Positions 54,201 to 64,000 of a DNA stretch of 64,000 nt are shown piece by piece. Made by a program: the position numbers and the translations under genes. Within the stretch, counting starts at the first letter, position 1, and each line of letters opens with the position of its first letter. This DNA is from Octopus vulgaris (Eukaryota): assembly GCA_951406725.2 (NCBI GenBank), contig OX597840.1:23374001-23438000 (forward strand), written 5' to 3'. The notes under the pieces are model-generated. The model worked only from the letters and a program-made list of their open reading frames with translations, was not told where the DNA came from and did not search any database.

Positions 54201-55729
54201 TGCAAAGGATCCATAGCACAGTGACATTTGTTGTATGACATTCTGTCAGAAGGTCAAGCTTGGACCTTATAAAGACATCCACAGAATTTAGAAACTATAT
54301 GAATGTGACATCTATAGTAAATCTTTGACATGAAATCATCCATATTGAATCAAAAGAGCATTGACAGAGGAAGGAAAACATATCACTGTGATGTTAAACC
54401 TGAATCATTCTTTCAAAATGGTGAATTGTTTGTACACAGTCCTATTAATATGAAAGATATAACTGTGACCTAAGCTATTCGTGCTAAATCAATCTATGAA
54501 AATGATCAATTATTGAAATGTAAATGCATTCATACAGAAGAGGAACCACGATGATGATGATCCTCATCATTTAATATTCTCCTATTCATGCTTCTGTGGA
54601 TCAGATGGAATTCATTGATGGAGATTTTCCTGAGCTGGGTACCCTTTCTTGTGACCAATCTTCACCCGTTTCCAAGCAAGGAAATATTTTCCTTGGTGAG
54701 ACATATTTTACGCAGAGGACTGGAAGTGAACAACTGCACAAGTATGACGGTCATGATGGCCCTTTACGAACATCACATAATATCTGGACAAGGGTATACA
54801 CACACACATGTATGTTCAAAGATTTTCTTAAAGGAAATCTTTTACATTTTTTTCTCTACGTGTAAATGTTTGTAATTCCTATTAGGAAATGAAACACATG
54901 TAATGCTGAATAAATAATATCAAACTCTTCTCCATTGTCTTTATGTGTTTTTTTCTAAGGTAAAAAAAAAATGGCTTCCATCTCACCCCACCCCGTTTTT
55001 TGGACCCGTAAAAGGGTTTTGTAGCATATTATGAGGTCAGGGTAGTTGATTCCATGCAAAAAATCTAACATTTTGATTTTTTTCTTTGTGAAAATCATGC
55101 GGGAGTTAATATAGAAATTTACCATAATGTTATTTAGCCTCAAATCAAACCTGATACAGCAAACGTATCATCAATGACATTCCAGCCTTCAGCAAACTGT
55201 CTTTTGAGGGATAATCTAGGACATTACGTACAATGGGCATGTGATTTAGATAGGGGGATACTTTGGATGCTATTTTTAACATGTCGAGCGACCAGGCAGA
55301 GGCTCTCTCATTGGTTCGGTTGCGTGAAGAGATTTTTTAACACATATAGGATCTTTTCGGTTTGAACGGCAGTTTTTAACATAATTTCTAGGTAACTAAA
55401 AAATTTTTAACTTCGTATACGGGTAGAATGTTTTTATAAAAGATCTTTTTCTCTTGGCTTTATTGAGAAAATTCTATACTTTGTAAGATATTTGTTGTTT
55501 TTTCTGCAATTTTAACCAATCAATGACGTCCATTGAGGTAAGAAAAAAATTCCTGTGCCGTATGAATATGTCCCTCGTTTAAGAAACAGATTGGGTTTAT
55601 TTACATTTGTGAAGAAAAAAAGATACCCTTCCTCCCAACCCGAAACCCTAAAACAGATTGAATGCAATAGATCGATACTAGGGTCATAATTATGGGTGAC
55701 AATTTCATATGACACCGCTAGAGTATAAA

Positions 55730-56036
55730 GACAAGACTTAGTTCCCCTTGTTAAATCTTCCTAATTTTGTTGCTCCGTATGCATGTGTATTGCTTGCTCA
55801 GTTCCACTTTACAACTGATATTGAAGAGAAAATCTAATTAAATAGACACGTGATTGGTAATTAAGTGTCTAAAGAAACAGATGCAGCATTTTTTTTATTA
55901 TGTTGACCTGTTAAATATTAATATTCGTCGTAAAATTCTCTTGAAGCTGTCACTGTCCACTCTAACTTTTCACTCATTCAACATATTCTCATATTTTCAT
56001 CGTTGACTCTCTCTGAATATATATTACTATGTAAGT
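55730..56036 (+). promoter_or_regulatory. G9 promoter/exon-1 module
   Basis: CACGTG at 55847-52 plus ATTGG; donor GTAAGT at 56031. Confidence 0.5.
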
Positions 56037-57870
56037 ATATTTCTATTGTATATGTATCATATTACGTACGTCTGTTTGTTTCGATGTGTTGAGTAAGTTA
56101 CAAGAAAGAATCTCACTAAACAAAGACGAAATAGCGGAGGTAAAGGGCATGGACCGCACCTACCTTTCCCTAATTTTTTTGCGATGGAAACCCACTTTTT
56201 CAACTGCGGTGAGGCTGTTGTTTCAATACTTTCGTTGTGTTCTCCTTTACATTCAGATATTTCATTGCATCTTTCCTTATTTCCTATATTATTTGTTAAC
56301 GTCCGATGGATACCTTGTGTAGATAACTTTTCTCTTTCTTCCTCACATGTAATTCCGCGGGAAAATTACGATGTAATTTCTAAGACATGCGGAATGTATA
56401 AAAATACGAGTGTGCACTTGAAATACTGAAACGAAAAGTAAATATTGTATACAGAAGAAATGGAACGGATTTTATTTAAAACCTAAGAAGTCTTTATTTC
56501 CGGAGGTTCTTCTCCATCATTACAACTTACAATTTATATCTATTTTTCAAAGGAATCTTTCTTTAAGCACCCAATGTAACAGCTTATCACATATTTTTAT
56601 TTTGGGGGAATTTTCAGAAAATTTCTGCGTGTTTCTGCTGTACATTCAAGGATTCAAACGGTTATGAAACCAACAAAGAAGGGAAAAAACCGATTAAAGA
56701 GCAATTTAGCTGTTATTTATGGCACACCCCACGACCACCTGATACCTTCCGAGTTTCTTTCTCACTCTTACTTGCTAATGTTTTTCAATATCTTTTTTCA
56801 CATAAACACATTCAATGGTCCGTTGTTGGGATTTAAGGCATTATATATGAATTGCACTCTGTGTTTTTATGTTATTTTCAATTAATTACCTAAGTTATCC
56901 TTTTCTCTCTTCGTATTACATATATACTTAAATTCAAATTACGATGAACGTAAACAAAGAAACGAAGTTTGCTTTAGAAGCTTTGAGATGTTTTAGGAAG
57001 TTAAAGAAGTGATTTTAAATTCTCAAAGGCAGGATATTGCTAATAATATAGCCTGAACAGGATAAGCTACCCCTATTTTGCAGAAAAGTGTTGGCGGCCG
57101 GCTATGAGATTCGAACTCGCACCTCCGTGATTACGCGTCGCTGTATTTTTCACTCACCACGATAATATTTCATTGCGATGTAAAGAGGAAGAGAAACATT
57201 AATTGTAACGTGTAAGAATTTAAAAGTAAAGAAAAAAAAAACGAGAATAATTTAATGTTAAAACTACATCATTTGCCCCCATGGAGAAGGATTGTCACCA
57301 ATTTCCTTCTCCACCTCAACCAATAATTTTTCCTACATCAAAAATTCCCCACAAAAGATTTTGATGCTGTTAGTCATCCATACTGATTATTTACTGACTG
57401 TTATTCATGTTTCATGTAACACAGAATATTGACATTAAGCTGCCTGTATGTATGTATTTATATATTTATAAATGTACGGAAAGAGGCAGAGGAGGTGTGA
57501 TATCTCTTTTACGACACATGACTGAGATGAAAGCATCAGATATCTAGTGTTATTGGCTTGTATATTGGTGTGTGTCTATGACAGACTTAATGTCCAGGAG
57601 ATGTTATTATACTACATATGTCTACTCCCTGATATAAACTTCTTGAAAACAGAGAGATGGGATAAATATAATAGTTCAGATAAAGAATTACTTCTACAAT
57701 TTATGAAAACAGAAATGTCGTAAATTTGCACTTTTGAATATCTGCCTTTTAAACATACTTGATATCTTATATTATTTTTTCTATTCTTTCAGAAAATCAC
57801 ATGAAATATTATTGAAAAGTTGTTGATCTGTACAACTTGAAGAAGGTTCAGGTTTATTTTTCTTGAAGAG

Positions 57871-58983
57871 ATGTCTGAAGAATTAGGAAAATCATCATAT
57901 GACTGTGACATCTGCAAAGAGTCATTCTTAGAAGAAAGTAAATTCAATCAACACAAACAAATTCATGAAGGGGAGAAATCATATCACTGTGATATCTGTG
58001 GTAAATCATTGTCTGACAGGAGTAGCTTTGCTCGTCACAAACGTATTCATACAGGGGAGAAGCCATATCACTGTAACGTCTGTGGTAAATCATTCTCTCA
58101 TGCTCATAGCTTAGCTATTCACAAACAAATCCATACAGGGCAGAAACCATATCACTGTGATATCTGTGGTAAATCATTCTCTGATGGCAGTAGCTTAACC
58201 AAACACAAGCGTATTCATACAGGGGAGAAACCATATCACTGTGATATCTGTGGTAAATCATTCTCTGATGGCAGTAGCTTAACTCGACACAAACGTATTC
58301 ATACAGGGGAGAAACCATATTATTGTGATATCTGTGGTAAATCATTCTCTCAAATCAGCAGCTTAACGAATCACAAACGCATTCATACAGGAGAGAAACC
58401 ATATTCCTGTGATATCTGTGGTAAATCATTCTCTCATAGCAGTAGCTTAACTAGTCACAAATGCGTTCATATAGGAGAGAAACCATATTCCTGTGATATC
58501 TGTGGTAAATCATTCTCTGATGGCAGTAGGTTGACTCAACACACACGTATCCATACAGGGGAGAAGCCATATCACTGTGATATCTGTGGTAAATCATTCT
58601 ATCAAGGAAGTAATTTAACTACTCACAGACGGGTTCATGGAGGGGAGAAACCATATCACTGTGATATCTGTGGTAAATCATTCCATCAAGGAAGTAACTT
58701 AACTACTCACAGACGGGTTCATGGAGGGGAGAAACCATATCACTGTGATATCTGTGGTAAATCATTCTCTTATAGCAGTAGCTTCACTAGTCACAAACGT
58801 ATTCATACAGGTGAGAAACCATATCACTGTGATATCTTTGGAAGATCATTCTCTGAAAGCAGCGGCTTAACTCAACACAAGCGTATTCATACAGGGGAGA
58901 AACCATATCGCTGTGATATTTGTAGTAAATCATTCTCTCAGAACGGTGGCTTAACTCAACACAAACGTATTCATACAGGGTAG
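57871..58983 (+). CDS. C2H2 zinc-finger protein G9, 370 aa, 13 fingers (finger 12 degenerate, C to F)
   Basis: MSEELGKSS start, intact array, ends TG-TAG. Confidence 0.9.
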   Translation: MSEELGKSSYDCDICKESFLEESKFNQHKQIHEGEKSYHCDICGKSLSDRSSFARHKRIHTGEKPYHCNVCGKSFSHAHSLAIHKQIHTGQKPYHCDICGKSFSDGSSLTKHKRIHTGEKPYHCDICGKSFSDGSSLTRHKRIHTGEKPYYCDICGKSFSQISSLTNHKRIHTGEKPYSCDICGKSFSHSSSLTSHKCVHIGEKPYSCDICGKSFSDGSRLTQHTRIHTGEKPYHCDICGKSFYQGSNLTTHRRVHGGEKPYHCDICGKSFHQGSNLTTHRRVHGGEKPYHCDICGKSFSYSSSFTSHKRIHTGEKPYHCDIFGRSFSESSGLTQHKRIHTGEKPYRCDICSKSFSQNGGLTQHKRIHTG

Positions 58984-60047
58984 AAACCATACCCCTGTGA
59001 TATATATGGTAAGATGTTCTCTGGAAACAGTCACTTAACTATACACAAATGCATTCACACTCAAGAAAAATTAATTCACAGTGATATCTCTGGCAAATCA
59101 TTTACACAAAATCATTCCTGATTTAAACAGAAGTCTTTCCTTATGAAGTGGGTCCATAACACAGTGATATTTGTTGTACAACATTTCCTCAGAAGGACAA
59201 AGGACGTATCTCATAAAGACATGCACAGAATATAGAAACTATATGAATGCGACATCTATGGTAAATCTTTGACATGAAATCATCCATTATTGAATCAAAA
59301 GAGCATTGACAGAGGAAGGAAAACATCACTGTGATGTTAAACCTGAATCATTCTTTCAAAATGGTGAATTGTTTGTACACAGTCCTGTTAATATGAAAGA
59401 TATAACTGTGACCTAAGCTATTCGTGCTTAATCAATCTACGAAAATGGATCAATTATTGAAATGTAAATGCATTCATACAGAAGAGGAACTATATCACTA
59501 CATTGATGATAATCATCATCATTTAAATTTCAGTTATTCATGCTTCTGTCTATCACATGGGACTTCATTGATGGAGATTTTCTTCACCCGGGTACCTTTC
59601 CTGTTGCCAATCCCCATATGTTTCCAAGCAAGGAAACGTTTTCTATGGTGAGACGTATGGAAATGAACAACTGCACAAATATGACGGTCATGATGGCCAT
59701 TTATGAACATCACGTAATATCTGGACAAGGGTACACACACACATATGTATATCTGGAGAATTTTTTATAGGAAATATTTTACATGTTTTCTCTTCATCTA
59801 AAAGTTTGTGATTCCTATTAGGAAATGAAACACATGTAATGCTGAATAAATAATATCAAACTTTTATCTGGTCTCCTTATGTGATATTTAATTACTCTGC
59901 AAAAAATAACCAAACCTGATGCAAAAATGATATGTGTATATATCCTCGTTTTTTTCTGTAGAAGAGCATAGGCTCGAAATGTAAAAGACTTTTTCAATTC
60001 CTGAGCATTATACTAATACATCTGGGTTTTTTTTCGTAAACTCTCCC

Positions 60048-60078
<31 letters not shown>

Positions 60079-60309
60079 AACCAGCTTCTCTCTTTCCAAC
60101 TGGTATACTTTTGTTATGTAGTGGAGTAGGCATGAGAGGGATGGGGGAGTGAAGAAGAAGTAGAGAAAGGTGATCTTATAATAATTCTGCATGTCATTAT
60201 GTTACTTTGCCTGTCAATAACACTTTCAGCTATTAGAGAAAAAAATGGGAGAAAGAAAAGAGGATAAGGTTAGGAATGAGGTGGGAAGAGGAAGAAAAGA
60301 CTCAGAAAG

Positions 60310-61481
60310 AAGTGTGCAAATCCTTCCTGTCTTTCCTAAAGGGAGCAGGGCTGATGAAGTGCATGCATGCCTTAAGTCATCCATGTTGTGGCCCCAGGTT
60401 AAGACCTTAAGCCTAATCACAAACATGCATGCACACTTGCTTGGGGATAGAATGTCTGCAGCATTTGCTGAAGAAATTTTAGCCCTTGGAGTGATAGGGG
60501 CAACATATCAGTCTATGAACTGTGCAACTCCGTGAACAACCCTTCCGGTCTTTTGGAAACTGTTTTCCAATCTGGAAAGTAATTATGCAGACATCAATTG
60601 GCTCAGTGAATGAACCATCCTGGCCCCCCCCAAAACATAGGTGTCAGTGCTATCAATGACCAGCTCATATGATGAATTCCAGGTGAGGAGTACATCTACA
60701 AATCAATTGACTAGATGTCTGACCCCCAAGGCATTGTCATTTACCCTATCGAGTTTCTCAACTCATTGGAGCCAGCAGGGTTTCCACCTCACGTCCTTAG
60801 GCTAAGGGTTGGATGCCCAATTAGGCTAATCAGAAACTTACTTCTGCCTAAACAGTGCAACAGGATCTGCTTAGTAATCAAGTCCCTGACGCCCCACTTG
60901 ATTGAGGCCACCATTGTAACAGGGTGCAGGAGGGGTGAAAATGTTTTCATTTCAAGGATGCAGCTTTATCCCCCACGGTCAGACATGCCAGTCAAGTTCT
61001 GCAGATTGCAATATCCGGTGAGACCAGGCTTCACCATGTCCATCAACAAATCCCAAGGCCAAACGCCATTGGTAGCAGGCATCGATTTGGGGTTTTCCAT
61101 TCAATGAGGATAAATAATTGATAAACTAATTCCTTATAGGATTTCTGCTAAAATTGGCTACACCCCATTTTCAACCATAACTTTTAACAATTTCGACATA
61201 TTTTGCTCAAACTCGATGCCAGCATTACTTAGGACTCGTGGGATCTTTGAATGCTTTAAGTTCTCAAAAAAAACCGATGAGTGGAAATAATCGATAAACT
61301 GATTCCTTATGGTATTTCTCATTCAAATTGCCTGCAATTCCACTTTCAGCCAAACTTTTGCCAATTTCAGCAGATTTCGCTCGAATGTGATGTCATTGTC
61401 ACTTATTTTGGTTTGAAATAAATCACTTCATCACTTAATGATCCGAATTTAATACCGAGCAACGCCGGGTTATACTGCTAC
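60310..61481 (+). mobile_element. Helitron remnant: PIF1-type helicase fragments and 3' end
   Basis: QILPV..ACLKSS.LW..L.TNM; EFLNSLEPAGFPPH.L.L.VG.PI.L.RNL; FTMSINKSQGQT. 3' hairpin ccgagcaacgccggg followed by ctgcta(c) near 61455-61481. Confidence 0.8.
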
Positions 61482-61518
61482 TCAAATATATATCAGTAAA
61501 GCCGTTAATATTTAAATA

Positions 61519-62220
61519 CAAGAGTTAGTTCCCCTTGTTAACTCTTCCCAACTTTGCTTCTTCCTCCTGTTTCTCACGCATCTTGATTGTTTGATCAGTT
61601 CCACTTTACGACTGATATTTAAGAGAAAATCCAATCAAATATATACAAATGATTGGTAATTAAGAGTCTAAAGAAGCAGATACGATATTTTTATTATGTC
61701 GACTTGCAAAATATGAAGTAACGTTCGTTGGAAAAAGGAAGAAATTCTCTTGAAGCTGTCAGTGTCCGCTCTGACTCGTTGACTCTCTCTTTATATTAAT
61801 TACTATGTAAGTATTATAAAGACATTTCAATTGTATTAAGTATCATGTTACGTACATCTGTTTGTTTCCATGTGTTGAATAAGTGAAAAGAAAGAATCTC
61901 AATAAACAAAGACGAAATTATATGAAAGTAAGGCTGTTATTTTAATAATTACGATGTAATTTGTAACAAAAGGTGGGGAAAGTATAGAAGTACGAATGTG
62001 CACTTGAATTACTGAAACGAAAACGCAATATCGTATACAGACGAAATGAAAGGGCTTTGAATTGAAACTCTAGAAAGTACCTAATTTGACCAAAAATAAA
62101 TATAAAAACCCGTTTATATAATCATTTACTCGAAAATTAGTAGTGAAGAAATAAAAAAATGGTAAAAATATATCGACACGACATATAAAATGAAGGCTGA
62201 TCGCTGTTGTTTAAAAACTA
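61519..62220 (+). promoter_or_regulatory. Diverged promoter/exon-1/intron-start module of a probable tenth gene (G10) beyond the window
   Basis: agagttagttccccttg; gttccactttacgactgatatt; ATTGG at 61652; ctatGTAAGT at 61807; downstream matches 23540-23790. Confidence 0.5.
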
Positions 62221-62409
62221 TCGCCTTGTAAAATTTAGTTTACTCAAATCAGTCACCAATAATTTAATTTTCCATGCTTGAAGCATTATAAACATTTTTA
62301 TGTCCATTAAAATATATAGACATTATAATAATAATAATCAAATATCACTGAGAATGGTTTTAAGGGTTAAACTAAAGCGTTACGCCATTCAGAGAATCAA
62401 AAAAAAAAA

Positions 62410-64000
62410 TGTGTGTAATATGTGTAAAACAACTTGCTCTAAACGAATATGACAAAAAAATGCGCTCTCGCGAAAGAGGGGTGGGGGAGAGGCCTCGGAA
62501 AATTTATATCGGGAATTTCCGAAAGCGTCTGAACCGGGCACAAAAACAAAAACAAAAACAGCGTAATAGGTGTAAAACAACTTGCTCTAAACGACTATCA
62601 TGAAAAAAATGCGCGCTCGCGAAAGGGGGTGGGGGAGAGGCTTCGGAAATTTCACATCTTCAGTCCACGGCCTTTAAACTAAGAAAAAATAGTGTAATTG
62701 GTGTAAAACTACTTGTTCTAAACGAGTATCAAGAACACACACTCACACATGAATCATAAACTACGTATTTTTGTACATATTTCACAAAAAAAAAAATAAA
62801 GAGAAGAAATTCTGGAAAAATTGAAGAAATGTTGGATCTCCGCCATGTGAATCAAAATACGTGTCAGAAACATCTTGAAATACTACAGAAATTATGTTAC
62901 GAAAATGATAATGTATACATACCTCTTTGAGTGGTCCATCGACAGTGTTGATAAAGAAATGAGACGGGTTGCGTTTGGAGGAAAAAATTATCTCGGGCCA
63001 GGATAAAGACTTGCTGCCAATAAGAATACGTGTATTCTCTTGGCAGCAGGTTTGATGCTTTCCATAAATAGGCACTTGGCGAGGTATTGTTTTAAGTAAC
63101 AGGCACGAATGCCTGGGCGAACAACCGATCTCGTAACTGACCCCCACAATCTCTCTATCGTCTGTGTGTGCACCGACGCGTTTGTCGGATCAACAAAGTT
63201 TTCACTGTGGTTGATGCGGAAGTGGGTATACCCGAGATTTCCAAGAGAGTTATACGCAGCCCAAGAATCGCTATATACTACCGACCCTTGGCGTATATAT
63301 CGGTTGTTTACAAGTGCCATTCTCTATCATACAACTTAACGCTTGTGTATCTACGACTGAAATGAATAAGAACTTGTTCTGTACCAAGGAGCGGGAAATC
63401 CTCCACACCAGAAGATGGGATGAGTAAACACTGGTCAATGAAAGGTCAGTCTTTTGTCTAAAAACAGTTGTTTACAAGACGATTGTTGGTACCAAGTTCT
63501 ATTCAAGTCCAGGCCCATAAGGACATTTGATAAGATAATTTTTTCCTCCAAACGCAACCTATCTCATTTCTTTATCATCACTGTCGATGGACCACTCAAA
63601 GAGGTATGTATACATTATCATTTTCGTAACATAATTTCTGTAGTATTTCAAGATGTTTCTGACACGTATTTTGATTCACATGGCGGAGATCCAACATTTC
63701 TTCACTTTTTCCAGAATTTCTTCTCTTTATTTTTTTTTTTGCGAAATATGTACAAAAATATGGAGTTTATGATTCATGTGTGAGTGTGTGTTCTTGATAC
63801 TCGTTTAGAACAAGTAGTTTTACACCAATTACACTATTTTTTCTTAGTTTAAAGGCCGTGGACTGAAGATGTGAAATTTCCGAAGCCTCTCCCCCACCTC
63901 ACTTTCGCGAGCGCGCATTTTTTTTATCATATTCGTTTAGAGCAAGTTGTTTTACACATATTACACTATTTATTTTTTTGTTTTGGTGCCCAGGTCAGCC
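62410..64000 (-). mobile_element. Merlin / IS1595(ISXO2)-like DNA transposon remnant with long inverted repeats; runs off the window
   Basis: About 62527-62992 is the reverse complement of 63533-64000. Subterminal repeats (gtgtaaaacaacttgctctaaacga) lie near 62423, 62570 and 62701. Confidence 0.75.
62988..63320 (-). pseudogene. IS1595/Merlin-type DDE transposase, C-terminal fragment
   Basis: YIRQGSVVYSDSWAAYNSL..GYTHFRINHSENFVDP..VHTQTIERLW. Confidence 0.85.

Noticed and set aside
62355-62370. AAGGGTTAA resembling a piggyBac right end
   Set aside because: No matching TTAACCC left end was found nearby.

Overview
AT-rich eukaryotic genomic DNA, most likely an octopus or other coleoid cephalopod. 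This is inferred from the OK/OR-type tRNA-derived SINEs and the 'CDICGKSF...HTGEKP' C2H2 arrays. The window is a cluster of nine paralogous C2H2 zinc-finger genes with no recognisable effector domain, numbered G1-G9, orientation + - + + - + - + +, plus the promoter module of a probable tenth. Five have intact ORFs (G2, G3, G4, G5, G9; 7-14 fingers). Four are disrupted (G1, G6, G7, G8). The genes appear to share one plan: promoter and non-coding exon 1, an intron, one exon with leader plus finger array, and a 3' UTR of fossil fingers. They were built by direct and inverted segmental duplication, and modules and individual fingers appear to have been exchanged between paralogues. Many transposable elements are interleaved: a decayed Tx1/L1-clade LINE, a truncated Ty3/gypsy element with a tRNA-Leu PBS, mariner, piggyBac, Merlin/IS1595-like and Helitron remnants, RTE and CR1/L2-group LINE ends, Penelope-like pieces (a degenerate hammerhead and a perfect hairpin), MITEs and SINEs. 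Several sit at duplication or deletion breakpoints. All calls come from reading by eye. Boundaries of degenerate elements are approximate, and exon structure is inferred from cross-paralogue conservation, not from transcripts.
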